Shown here: positions 36,948 to 49,600 of the stretch, in pieces | Numbering within the stretch: position 1 is the first letter of the stretch | Layout of the letters: every line of letters begins with the position of its first letter | From: Hormiphora californensis | Lineage: Eukaryota > Animalia > Ctenophora | NCBI GenBank assembly: GCA_020137815.1 | Contig: CM035350.1 | Coordinates: 8,928,001-8,992,000, forward strand | DNA length: 64,000 nucleotides | Direction of reading: 5' to 3' | Notes under the pieces: model-generated | Seen by the model: the letters and a program-made list of their open reading frames with translations, nothing else | Database searches by the model: none | What the model was told of the DNA's origin: nothing | Program-made: the position numbers and the translations under genes

Positions 36948-38449
36948 GGCAGGTCGGTAGAACTTCGACAGAATTTAGGGCAGGTCAATTTAGGGCAGGT
37001 CAATTTAGGGCAGGTCTGAATTTAGGGCAGCTCTGAGTTTAGGGCGGATCTGAACTCTGAATTTAGGGCAGGTCAATTTAGGGCAGGTCTGAATTTAGGG
37101 CAGGTCTGAATTTAGGGCAGGTTGGAATTTAGGGCAGGTCTGAATTTAGGGCAGGTCTGAATACTAAGCATGTGAATGTGATTCGTGGTCCGGGGGAGCT
37201 TATTAGCGGTGTGAGACGATACGAGATATATAGAACATGATTCGGGGAAGCCAATCAAGAGTGTTAGACGATATGAGATAAGATGCGGGGAAGGTTTCTA
37301 TCGCTTTCCATCCCTATATAATACGTGTAGGGTGAGCCGAGCCGTCAGCACGGACTGTAAAATGCTAGGCGCTACAAGGGTAACTAGACCTCCCCTTGAG
37401 CGTGCTCGACAACCTACGGACTGGGGTTTCCAGCCCAATAAACCTTGCTGGATAGCAGCGTACAAGAACCCTAACCTTGCACCGATCAGTATCCTTAGGA
37501 TTTGTGACTAGCCGAGATCCAACCATACGTGAAGCTCCTATTGCCGATACTAAGTGTCCCCACTTGTAGAGAGTTGCCAATGTGGCTAGAAGTGAGACTG
37601 GAGGCACTTTGTATCCTAAACTAAGCATAAGGAGTTTCCCTATCCGATACCTAGTGTTCCCCTAGAGTGAGCATTGCCAATATGGCAAGAAGAGATAATA
37701 TAGAGAACCCCTCGAGAATATTGGGGAACACCGAGTAGAGTTGTACTATTGAAATGTGTCGGTTAAAAGGTCATCCTTTTTGTCACTTTAAAACGTCTTT
37801 TTTGACTGTTTTTTGGTCATAACTCGTGATTGGATTGTCAGAACATCACCCAAATAGCTACCGACACTTTTGGATATGCATTAGTTAACTTAAAACCGGT
37901 TTCAAGATGATCCAAGCACTACTTCCGTGGGCACGACCGCACACCAATAGTGGTCCTGACTAACGAGACTCACAAAACTCGGGCAAAGCCAATATATGAG
38001 AGAAATGGTTTCCCACCAGCTCCCGAGCAACATATTCTAATCCCCTAAAAACAGAACACTCTTCTCTCATATCTCGCTCCCTGATCACCTCTTTCTCAGA
38101 TCACGCGGTCCACGCCAGCCTAGGCTGACGTGGCAGCTTCTCCTCTCGGCACTTCGCACAATCCCCTGTACGCGGCTTCTCACTATTCCTACTCATCTAA
38201 AACATTGACCCAAATTCTTATCTTCTAATATCTCTCCATAACTATTGTAACAAGTAAATAATATTAAATCTCCCCAAAAGAATTCCTAAATATTTGTATC
38301 CTCCTAACTCACTCTCAACCATCATAAGATCATCAAATACCTATCATCTGACTAAATCTCAGTCACTCTGAGTATTCAGACCTGCCCTAAATTCAGACCT
38401 GCCCTAAATTGACCTGCCCTAAATTCTGTCGAAGTTCTACCGTCCTGCC
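36948..38449. mobile_element. Non-autonomous TIR element with 18-20-bp subterminal repeats and an 8-bp TSD
   Basis: TIR GGCAGG(T/A)CGGTAGAACTTCGACAGAATTTAGGGCAGG; tandem ATTTAGGGCAGGTC units; flanks AGAGGTTC and AGAGGTTT. Confidence 0.8.
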
Positions 38450-38982
38450 AGAGGTTTGGAAAGTTCTTGCTTGCATGTTACAAGAAGTTTGGCCGGAATA
38501 TCGCCATCCGGGGCAGCTGAGTTGGGGTCGAGCTCAGAGAGGGCATTTTTGATGTCTTCAGAAGAAAAGGTGAAGTTTTCCAGGATGGGGGCATCAGCAT
38601 TGTCCAGCCAGTACAGACTTTTCTCCAAGTCACCCCCAATAGGGTCGCTGAATACTCCACAGTACTGCGACTGTAGAAGCTCTGCTTTCTCTTGATCGTC
38701 ATCAGCGAGGGACCTATCGTTTCTTTTTAGAGGGGCAATGGAAGAAACAGACTTCAGGAACCGCTTGGCGTAGGAGTATTGTAAAAACGGGGCCAGACAG
38801 TTTTTTTTAAAATCCGACTTCAGAGTCCGGGCTATCAACGTGACCGTATGTCGAACAAGTCCTTGGCAGATTGTTGTTGGGCCTGCGCTGTGGTCCCCTG
38901 GGGGTCAACACCGAATGCCAACGCTGGTAAGAAAGGCTAACCGTTTTGCAAAAGCCAAATGTGTTGTTTTTGTGTTAAAACT

Positions 38983-39930
38983 TTTCGACCGAGAGAACAA
39001 AAACAATAAATTATAATAAATTACCCACACACCGTCATACTCTCATACTCCCTCTCTCTGCTCACTTGTCTCGAAAATCTACATCTTCCACACTGACTGG
39101 GACAACCCTTCTCTTGGTTCCCCGAAGCGCAACAAGAGTTGATCTTAACAAACTGAATCATGTCTTTTCTCGGATGAAGGACATTGTTTCTGCGTAACTC
39201 TCCTTGTGCCTGTCACAGATCTTCCTGGCCGCTCGCTCCAAAACCTTCCCTACTTCTCCGGCAAAACCTCCCGACGTGGAGAATACGAGGGGCGTGAAGG
39301 AACCCTGCTCCACTTCTTGCACCCTTCGCATATAGGCAAGTTTCTTCTGATTTTGGTGCTGTTTATACAGGTTCGTGATGGGCATCTTCAGGTAGGATGG
39401 GGCATTAGGATGGAAAACCCGTACATCCATGAAACTGGTCTGCATGTCAGACCATAAGCCACGACAGACTATGTCCATTCGTGCTTCAGCTTTGATATTT
39501 GCACTGATTGGCAGGTTGAATCCGTCACAGGGCAACATTGGCTGTTCAGTGTTAACGGGTTTAAATCCCGCATACCGAAGGATATCGGCTAAGGTATCCC
39601 GAAGGTGGTCATGTCTCCACATATCAAAGCCTCCAACCTTGCAGATCAAGGCGTGGTCACTGGTGTTTTGTGCCCCACAGCCGCATTTCCCTATCAGGTC
39701 CGGGAAGTGGAAGCCGTATCTGAGCCGAATGGCATCGACAAACTCAACCTGGTTGAGCTCATGGCCCAGTTTCTGCAGCGGTCGAGCAGTTAGCCAACTA
39801 GAAGCACCGGGTTCGGAGCACAGCTCCATCGCACGCTGTGTCTTCATATCAAGTACTGCAAAGATATCTGCACGTTCTGTTGCATGCCTCTCATCAGTGG
39901 CGTCGGCACACTTCTTCTTCAACTTTCCGC
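38983..39930 (-). mobile_element. 5'-truncated CRE-type (restriction-like endonuclease) non-LTR retrotransposon
   Basis: ASSWLTARP, DAIRLRYG, CGCG..DHALIC (CCHC), RHDHLRD, ARMDI, MDVRV, QKKLAY and FTPLVFSTSGG motifs; 16-bp direct repeat TTTTTGTGTTAAAACT at 38967-38982 and 39931-39946. Confidence 0.85.
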
Positions 39931-40170
39931 TTTTTGTGTTAAAACTGGCTGTAAATTTTTTGAAGTCTCGAGCTCAGTGAGGCACGCGCCTCCCGTTGTG
40001 TGCGCTGCAGACCCTTTGCGCGCGTTTTTGGCGTATATTTTTTCCAAAATTTCAAAGCGCGAAAACAAGTTGGAAACTGAAAAGTCGAAAATGAGAATTT
40101 GCGAGACCTGTTTCAAGGTTTCCACAAATCACTAAACTGCATGAATCACTAAAATTATGCTTTAGATGTC

Positions 40171-41800
40171 ATGAGCTCTATTTCATCCATCATATCAAGC
40201 AACAAATCACCGGAGGAAATAGCACAACAATGCTGCCGATTCTTCGACGAACTCGTACCTACGCTCAGTGAGAAGGAATCTCACTTTAGAGACCTTCTGG
40301 ACTCAATTTTGGTGGATAGTTTAACTGTTGGAGTCAGTCGAAAAGTCATCTCGTACATTGTAACAACTCTGAAGGATCTCCCGGAGGAGGCGTGCCTCCA
40401 GTTCAGTGGAATACTTTCCGAGGCACTCAAACTACGTGTCATGTCATTTGAGGATCAGGTCACAGAGGTGAATACCCACATGGCGAGCCTCTATGAGGCC
40501 AGGAAGGAGTTCACTAAAGCCGCCTCACATTTGAGTGTCATACCCCTGGAAAACAGTCAAAGGAACTACAGCAAGGAATACACTACGGAAATGTATTTGA
40601 GGATTGCTCACCTTTTTCTCCAAGGGTGTGATCCAGCCCAAGCGGAGCTGTTTCTTAATAGGGCGTCACTTCAAATGGGGCCTGGTACGCAACCTCAGTT
40701 AACAGTAAGTGATATTTAACACTTCTACTTTTCATTGTTCAATCCTTTTTCAACAGCTCTCTCTTTCTTTGGACTCTATCCCTCTCTGACGTGCTGCTTT
40801 ATCCAAATAGGTCCAGTACAACTTGTGTTACGCAAAGGCCCTTGACTTCAGAAAAAAGTTCATGGAAGCGGCGAAACGTTATCTCGAGCTAAGCTTGGAG
40901 CCCCTTCTATCCAGCGCTAAACAAACAGAACTCCTTCGGAATGCAGTAAGTGTTTTATCATAATCTCATTGTGTGTACTGACAGAGTGATAACCTCTACC
41001 CACCACTATCAGGTTCTGTGTGCTATAATTGCCCCGGCCGGCCTCCAGAGATCTCGTATCCTGGCATCACTCTGCAAGGATGAACGTTCACAGAACTTCC
41101 TCTTCAGTGCCATGTTGAACAACACTCAGCTGGGACACCTGATAACACATGATCAGGTAAACAGCTGTTACAGGAGAATCAAGAATATCATGTTGTCTTT
41201 CTGTTACCTTCAGCCCTCAATATCCCTCCCTCTTGAGTCTTGACAACCCCCCACTCACTGTCCCCCTCACACACAATTCATATCCTAAACAACTCACTGC
41301 CCCTCCCTTACTGCAGGTTAGTTTGTTTGAGAAGGAGCTTGAGGATCATCAACTAGAGAAGTTACCCAACGAAATGTCAATATTGGAGGCGGCTGTAATG
41401 GAACACAACGTTCTAGCTATCTCCCACATTTATATTTCGATCCGGCTAGAAAACCTGGCCTATCTCTTACGGGTCACTCAGCCACAGGTATACTGAAACT
41501 TTGTTTTTCTTTGTACAAACCCCCCCCCCCCAGACTAGCTCGCCCCATTCTATATCTTGTCTTAACCCACTGACACCCAATGTCTCCCAGGCAGAGAAAG
41601 TGGTAGGAAATATGATAACCGAACAGCGGATATCTGGGTACATCGATCAGATAGATGGAGTTGTGTTCTTTGAGTCTGTCTCCCAGCCCTGGGATGAACA
41701 CATTGATGTTGTGTGTAATAAGGTTAATAATGCCATTGATGTCCTACTGCAGTGTGAACCTGCCTTTACCAAGGAACGATTGCAGAGATACAAGTGCTAA
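40171..41800 (+). CDS. COPS4: COP9 signalosome subunit 4
   Basis: RVMSFEDQV, IPLENSQR, YLRIAHLFL, LNRASL, LDFRKKFMEAA, APAGLQRSRILASLCKDER, AVMEHN and MITEQRISGYIDQID. Confidence 0.95.
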
Positions 41801-41940
41801 GAAAGACACTTTAGACTCTTCAACTTGTAGAGACATTGTTTTGTTTACTATTTTGATAAAATATCAGAGTTTGAAAAAAGAAGAAGCATTTTGATTTCTT
41901 AATGATATAGAGACTCAACACCAACATGTGCTATTAGAAC

Positions 41941-43940
41941 ATGTCTGTTATTGAGAATCCGTTAGCATATCTGAATGAGACACATCCCGAGTACGACGAA
42001 CCCACACCCATGAGCAAACCAGGTAACCATGGTAACGGGCTCAGGTAACCAGGTACCATTATATGAGAGGTTTTTCGTTTCGGTTTTAATCAGATCCCTT
42101 CTTTGTTCTTCAACAACCTAACACGCACATTCCTTCCCTAGATGCCCCTACTGAGACAGAACAACAGAAAAAGAAGAAGACCCAAGATTTATTAGACGAG
42201 ACGCCTCTTACGAGTGATAAAGGTCGCACTAGATCACCCCGGCAACTCAGTACAGAAGATACCAGCGATGTTGCTGTTGCTGTGGACGAGCAGTCAGTGA
42301 ACAAAGACTCTGGGATAAGTGAGGAAGAGAGCAAAGATGAAGATACGAGTGGAGAGGGTAACGCAGAAAGTAAAGAGGAGCATGAAACTGCTCCAGAACC
42401 AGAAATAACCGCTGACAAAGAAAAGAAGGTGTCAATATTGGATCTGGTCCAGCAGGCAGTAGATGAGGGGGATGAGGAGGAGGATGCTGATTTTAATCCC
42501 GATCAAACGGAGGAAGAGGAGGTTACTGATAATGAAGGGGATGAGGAGGAGGGCAGTGTTCCTGCCAGATCTTACTCCCTGAGAGATGGTATGTAACCAT
42601 AGTAACATGGTGTGTAACCATAGTAACGTGGTACGTAACCATGGTAACATGGTGTGTAACCATGGTAGCATGGCATGTAACCATGGTAACGTGGTATGTA
42701 ACCATGGTAACGTGGTGTGTAACCATGGTAACATGGTGTGTAACCATAGTAACATCTTGTGTAACCAAGCAGTAACATCTTGTGTAACCAAGCACTAACA
42801 TGCTGTGTAACCAATCAGTTACCATGTGGTTACAACCTTACAGTTACATATTTTCCACACTGCCACTTTTCCAGGTGTTAAAGGTAAGGTGGAGGAGGAG
42901 GAGGTAAAAGAAGTGAGTCACGATGCTGTTGAGAAGAAAAGAGCTGATGATCTTTGGAGTGCTTTCAAAGCCGACGTTGCAGTTCCAATCAAACGGTATG
43001 CTTTTCTGTCTGCCTGTGGAGTGTCTGTGTGTCTGTGGAGTGTCTGTGTGTCTGTGGAGTGTCTGTGGAGTGTAGGTTACCCCCACTGTGTGGGGGATTT
43101 GTCTGCTTCTATGGTTTTTCAGCGGACTCAACTTTTCAATCTTTGTTTTGTACCCCAACTTATCTCTTCTGTTTTGCCCAGAAAAGCAAAAGAGCTGGAA
43201 ACGGCAATCCGTGAGAAAACGTATGATTTTGCGGGCGAGTCAGTTACAGTGAAAGAGGATACGAGTTCAAAGCGACGAAGTATAGTCTCTACCCTGGGAT
43301 TTGACAGGTAAAAGACACAATAAACCAGCACATTCTCGATCTATTATTTTGTTATTTCTGACCCATGATTACGGATTAAAATCGGCCAACACCTAAATAT
43401 CTCCAGAAAAAGAAGACGAGATTCAGCACCCCTTCCCTCTCGATCCACTACAATCTCAGAGGAAGAGGGCTCCTCCACAACGACAGTACAACCCCCCAGC
43501 AGCAAGAGATCTCGTCCGGTCTCCAAACTGAGTTCTCTGGTTAACAAACTCACCAAGAAACCAAAGATGACGGTACTCAATAAAACAGCCCTGGACTGGG
43601 ACAAATACAAAACTGAACACAACATTGAAGGTACGTGTGATGATTTTTCATCAATTTTTCTGTGTGACAACAGACAAAGGTAAGAATAATGTTAGTGGGT
43701 GTCTAGTATCTGCACCTCAACAGTGGGCTACTACTCCATTTCTTGGTAGATTTTTCACTTGTCTATCCCTTTCTACCCCCCTGCCCTACAGAGGACGTGA
43801 AGAACGAGGCAAAGGCGGAGGGTTACAACGAGAAGCAGGATTTCCTGAACAGAAGTGATCAGAGACAGTTTGAACTGGAGAAAGAGATCAGACTTCAACA
43901 ACAGAGACGCAGACAAATGATGGGATCCAAACAGTTCTGA
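41941..43940 (+). CDS. CFDP1: Craniofacial development protein 1 / BCNT (Swc5 homolog)
   Basis: Acidic N-terminus; RADDLWSAFK; YDFAGESVTV; BCNT domain KPKMTVLNKTALDW...QDFLNRSDQRQFELEKEIR. Confidence 0.9.
42588..42830. repeat. 21-bp minisatellite (gtaaccatggtaacatggtgt) in a CFDP1 intron
   Basis: About 11 tandem degenerate units. Confidence 0.9.
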
Positions 43941-44317
43941 GAAAGGTGAGATGACCACACCCAGGACCCCGTGTCATCACCCCTTGCCAGGTTCTGAGGA
44001 ATGTGACGACTTGAACGGGACTTGGACAATGTTGTTTTATTCGTAGTGTTAGAGAAATACACCAGTAGTGAGAGAGTATTACTACTACTTAGTCTCAGAC
44101 TAAATGTTTTATTATTGTTTCTGCCCAAAAGCACGTCGTTAGAAAAGTAAAGACTGTTATTATTCAAGACAATACATCTGAAAATTTTACCTTTTTATTC
44201 CGTAACATATTATTGACAACTTACAATAACGATTTAGTAGTATCTTTCACTGTATATCCCCCTCAACACCTCTTGACCTGATTCCTTCTAATTGCCTCTA
44301 ATTCCCTCTACAGAGAT

Positions 44318-46346
44318 ATGAGTCATCACAAGGTTCGCAAGCTCAGTAAGATTCTCATTGCTAACAGGGGGGAGATAGCATGTCGAGTAATGAAGACAGC
44401 TGCCAGGATGAATATCAAGACGGTGGCGGTGTTCTCTGACGCAGACCGGCACTCTCTTCCACACCAAGATGGCAGATGAGGCCCATTATATCGGACCCTC
44501 CCCTGCTAGTGAGAGCTACCTCCGACAGGACAAGTTGCTGGATGTCATCCAGAGGACGGGAGCCCAGGCGGTCCATCCTGGTTACGGGTTTTCTGTCCGA
44601 AGCAAGGCCCCTTTTGCAGAGGCTCTTAGTGACATTGGGGTTGAGTTCATCGGGCCTCCTGTCAGTGCTATAGCGGATATGGGGAGCAAGAGCGCGAGTA
44701 AGAAGATAATGATAGATGCGGGTGTGAGTTGTATTCCTGGTTACCATGGGGATAGTCAGGAAGAAAGTTTGCTGAAGGAGCAGGCTGATTCTATTGGCTT
44801 ATCCGGTGATTATCAAGGCGGTGTCAGGGGGTGGAGGTAAGGGTATGAGATTTGTATTCAAAGAGAGTGATTTTATACCCGCACTCCGGATCAGCTCAGG
44901 AGGAATCCATCAAGGCCTTCAACGATGACCGAGTGATCCTAGAGAAAGTTCTTCGATTCTTCAATGAAGCCCCGGCATGTCGAGGTGCAGGTCATGGCAG
45001 ATAGTCATGGCAACGCCTTGTACTTCTCCAACCGGGACTGCTCCGTCCAGAGACGGTATCAGAAGATTATAGAGGAGGCACCCGCTCCCGGTCTCACAGA
45101 GGAGGAACACCGTCGAATCGGAGAGATGGCGGTCAGGGCTGCTAAGGCTGTTGGTTATCGAAGTGCGGGTACGGTCGAGTTTATCATGGACACGATAACC
45201 CGGGAATTTTATTTCATGGAAATGAATACACGACTCCAGGTGGAACATCCCATCTCAGAGCTAGTGACTGGAGTAGATTTGGTAGAGTTACAGTTGAGGG
45301 TTGCACAGGGTGAGGCTCTACCGCTAAGACAGGAGGATGTAAAGGTCAACGGACATGCTTTCGAGGCCCGAGTGTACGCGGAGGATCCGAAAAACAACTT
45401 CATGCCAGGTTCCGGTGACATCCGATATCTCTCCACACCTCCTGAGACGGACAGTGTGAGGATTGATACTAGTATCAGACAGGGGGACGCCGTGTCCGTG
45501 TTCTATGATCCTATGATTGCTAAACTGGTTGTCTGGGCTCCAGACCGACTCTCCTCCCTAGGACTCCTCCACTCAAAACTCCAGGATTACCACGTGGTCG
45601 GGCTGACTACCAACATAACCTTCCTTAAAGATCTGGCATCTCACCCAGACTTCCAGGCAGCTAATGTCCACATTGATTTTATAGCGGAGCATGGCGAGAC
45701 ACTCTTCCCTGAGCCAACAGGTCTCTCCGAGCAGCAGCTCGCCCTGACTGGTCTGTCCTATCTACTGCACAAGACGCCCACACCAACCTCTAAATCCCCC
45801 TGGGCGTCCTCCCTCTTCTCGCGACTCAATATCCACCATATCGAGCAGTTTTCCCTGACCAGGGAGGATGGAGAGAGTCTATCCTATAAAATCAGGTGTG
45901 CTCACCCCTCCTACTTTGTCTCTGTTGACGGGGGTGCTGAGGTGGAGCTCTCAGCGACTGTCTCAGAGGTTGAACCTGGCGTGATAACGGCAGCAGGCTA
46001 CGCAGCCGATAGAAAGATTGAGTGTAAAATTGTCAAGAATGCAGGATCTCTCCACGTGTTTTGTGAAGGAACAGAGGTAGTTCTAGGGGAGCCCGTTCCT
46101 AAGTACCTGGCCGCTGCCGAGGGAGAGGAGGAGGAATCAGGGGTGGCGGGAGTTGAGGGGCTGGTCCAGAAGATCCTCAGTAATGTTGGAGATACGGTTA
46201 AAGCTGGTGATGTGATTCTCCAGGTTAATGTGATGAAGATGCTGTTCGATATTCCCGCTCACAGGGATGGTGTTGTGAGTGCCATCTGCTTTGCAGAGGG
46301 TGACAGGGTCAGCAAGGGGGAGTTATTGTACGAGTTGGAGGAATGA
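44318..46346 (+). CDS. MCCC1: Methylcrotonoyl-CoA carboxylase alpha subunit (intronless, apparent +1 frameshifts in the 5' third)
   Basis: [67 protein letters not shown]; biotinyl motif VMKM. Confidence 0.9.
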
Positions 46347-46607
46347 GATATTGGGGAATTTGTGAACTCCTAAAACTCTTGTTAGTATGATGATGATGTG
46401 TGTTCTTTTTGTTGTCTTTTTTATGCATTTTTATGTTATTCTCTGTCTCTTTTTTGCAAAAAGGAATACAAGTAAAAATGTAGTTTACTGGTAATAATTT
46501 ATTACGTGGTTACAACAGAGTTTTAGTTTCGCACACCAACATTATTACAATCTGATCTCGTCTGATTCCATAACTCTAGTGTGATGATCTGAAAGGTATC
46601 TGAAGTG

Positions 46608-49600
46608 ATGTTCCACCACATCTCAGTAGTAGCGTGTGTTGGATGTCGGACCCTCCACACATCTCCTACTCTCGAGAAAGGAGGAAACAGGAGGGTACAG
46701 GCTGCGTAAGTGTTATCATATCCCAATAGTTAGTTTTATGAAGGAGCACGGTCCCCATGGTAACGTACACCTCTCTCCCCTGCAGTATTCGAGGGTTCTG
46801 GTATACGGGCAAGACAAAGAAAGGTGGGAAATTTCCACCCGTAACTGATGTGGTTGATGGACGGATGATTTGGGATAAAAAGTTGAGGTATTCGTACGGA
46901 GGAAAGGAAAAGTATGAGTATGAAAAATGGGACCAAGTCAATCCACATTTTGGTAAGCGTCACAATACATATCATATTTTCCACACGTTTACTCAGTGTT
47001 CCATAAAGTTTTACAGCTTGTTGGAAAGATCAAAACAATAGTTCTTCCTTCCTTCAGGTCAGTTTGATTCCAGTTCCACTCTGACCCCTGGCCAGTTAAA
47101 CAGATACAAGCTTTATCTAAGAGAAACTGAAACACCTGCCATATCCCTTCATGTTGAGGACCCATCTACCTTAGCAACCCAGTATTATAAGGGGATAGAG
47201 ATTTCAAACGAGAACTTTGGTAGCAACCAAGATTATCATCCAGTGCGGAGATGGTGGCCCTATTCTGGCAGTTTTTTCAGCGCTCATGAGTTCAGGCTTA
47301 TGGGTAAGTAGGCGGGGGAGTTATTGTTCTATCAAGGGGGGGGGGGGGATCAAGGGCTGTGTGAATGAGTATTTAGTAGGTCGTATAATAATTAATATAC
47401 TTCCATGAGATTTTAATACGATCTAAAATTTCAGAGAAGATGGTTCTAACTCCCAAAGCAACGAAACAAGAAACCTTTGACACACTAGCCGAGGCTTACT
47501 TTCTGATCCAGCTCAGCCAGAAAGCAGCCGAGATGAGGGGTGAGAAGGGGTTAGAGGAGGGGCACCCACCTGACATGAGGGCCAAACGTATACTATTCAA
47601 AGCCATCAAGGTAATATAGGGATTAGGTGGGAAGGGCTGGAAATGTGTGTACTGTTTAGTATTATACGGAACTAGTAGGGAATGTATCCAATTGGATCTG
47701 TATTAGTTCATGGTAATTCATCACACTATTTAAGAGTAAGATTGTTACTTACGAGAGTATTACTTATATTATTAGTTAAAGAAAATGAAGCCGACTATTA
47801 GATATCTGAGGTAATGCAATCATTATGAACCTCCAAAATTTAATCCCCTGCCTTCTGCTTTACCCCTCATGCTTACTAGTCATTACTACTTATTTCTCAG
47901 TGCTTACTAAGTACTCTCATGATTCTCATACTCAAGAACCGACCGAATCAGGAAATACTGGTTGCTGACTGGCTGATAACCAGTCACGTGACCTAAATGA
48001 AGAGTTCTGATTGGTTGTTTACTTGTTTCGGCCGGTTCCTGCCCTATATATTTACCTATTCCAGTAATGACCATCTCGAACACAATCAGCCTCAATCCGC
48101 TCTTCTTATCCAGATAGACTTCATCACCCACCACGCCCCCACAACTAAAATCATAGGTCTGCTTCTCCTGTGTTAGGCCAGGGTTGAGTTTCATTACCCC
48201 ACACTCTCCAACCTCTTTCCCATCTCTCCGCACCGTTACACGGGTATTATTCTCTTTCAGTAGACATGTATCTCTGAACACTTTCTCAGTCTCCACGCAC
48301 TCTGCATTACTACTGAACCAACCATGAAAAAAACGGTGGTAAAGTCGAATGTTGGTGATGGAACTGAGACCCGGTAACTTGGCACTGAACCAATTTGTCA
48401 CATCTTCATTTGTTGCAGTGACTGAAGATGTGGAGAGATCGAGATCAAAAGCGTTGTCCGGATTAGGGTTTGCTTTGTTGGTATCTGGAGTTGTAGTTAC
48501 TGTTGTAGGGGTCAGGTAACCAGGGGTCTTCTCGATAGCTGGAAATAATAAAAAATAATAGTGTGATTTTAATACAAACCACTCGAGGGCACCCTCCTTA
48601 TCCCTTGTACAGTTTTTTTGAACAATTGTTATATTGTTCAAACTGTTGTAGACTAGAATGTCTGAACAAGATCGATTTGCAAAGGAGATATATTACATTG
48701 ACTAGACCTGAGCTAGGTGACACCTATATCACAACAAAGGTTAAAATGCAATAAATGCTACTTACTTTTGATGACGCATCGAGAAGTGGCTATCAGCCCC
48801 AGAAAGATCACTAAGATCCTCATTTAGTATCAAATCATTGAACTGTTACAGTAATATTAGAGGAATGAGAGACGGGAAAATATATGCGGTGTCAAAAGTG
48901 GCTACAAGCTCAATGAGCTGTGTGATGTGTTATTTTATATCGCATATGTGAGACGAATGCCGCTGAAAAACAAATAAAGCTCGGTCGATAGCTAAATAAA
49001 ATGAACATATATTGTGTGAGTCGTGAGAGAGAGAGAGAGAAAACAAAGACATGTTTACAAAGACGTGTTGCTCGCATAGACCCTGATATCAGTGAGAAAA
49101 GAATATGAAAATAGACGCACAGTGTCCTATGTGGAAAGTGAAATAAAACTTTACGGTCTGCGGCACAACTATTATATTAGAACCCGGAAATTAGACCGTT
49201 TTAAGTGCTCAGAAGTTCTACGTGCTTCGGAGGGTATAATTTCTAAGATAGAACTTCCAGTTATAAGCAGGCAGTCGCCACAAGTGCCATTTAAAGTAGG
49301 TAGTAACCACGTGCATTAACTAAACGATAGTAGCAGTGATATAATATTAAGTAGTAGGCACATGCACCTGTGCCTGATAATTATTAATGAAATGGCTATT
49401 CAAATTAGTTACCGATATATCATCCTTCAGAACACATCGCCCGGGGTAAAGATAGACTTTGTGGAGTCCGGAGCAGGAACCTTCCACCCCTGTCCCGTAC
49501 CTCTAACCACGACCGGCAGCACCGCTATTGCCACACGCAGGCTAAAGATCCTCTCAAAGAAAAGGAAAAGAAAGACTCCCGTGGATCCTCAATTATTGGC

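Larger units (their letters stand above)
33120..38780 (-). mobile_element. CR1/L2-group LINE reverse-transcriptase fragment, interrupted by three DNA elements
   Basis: After removing the inserts the frame reads APDGDIPAKLL...ELSKPL|YLLWERSL|RNETVPMSLK..ISPIFKKGDK..NYRPVSLTS..QHGFRK..DVVYLDYSKAFDKVNH..LLNWIK|DFLSGRLQTV..SGVPQGTVLGPILF, with in-frame stops. Confidence 0.9.

Noticed and set aside
36975-37160. TTTAGGG motifs resembling telomere repeats
   Set aside because: They are embedded in 18-20-bp subterminal transposon repeats and mirrored at the other end; not a telomeric array.
38780-40170. Spliced-leader RNA gene as the CRE target
   Set aside because: No recognisable leader, donor or Sm-site arrangement around the insertion.
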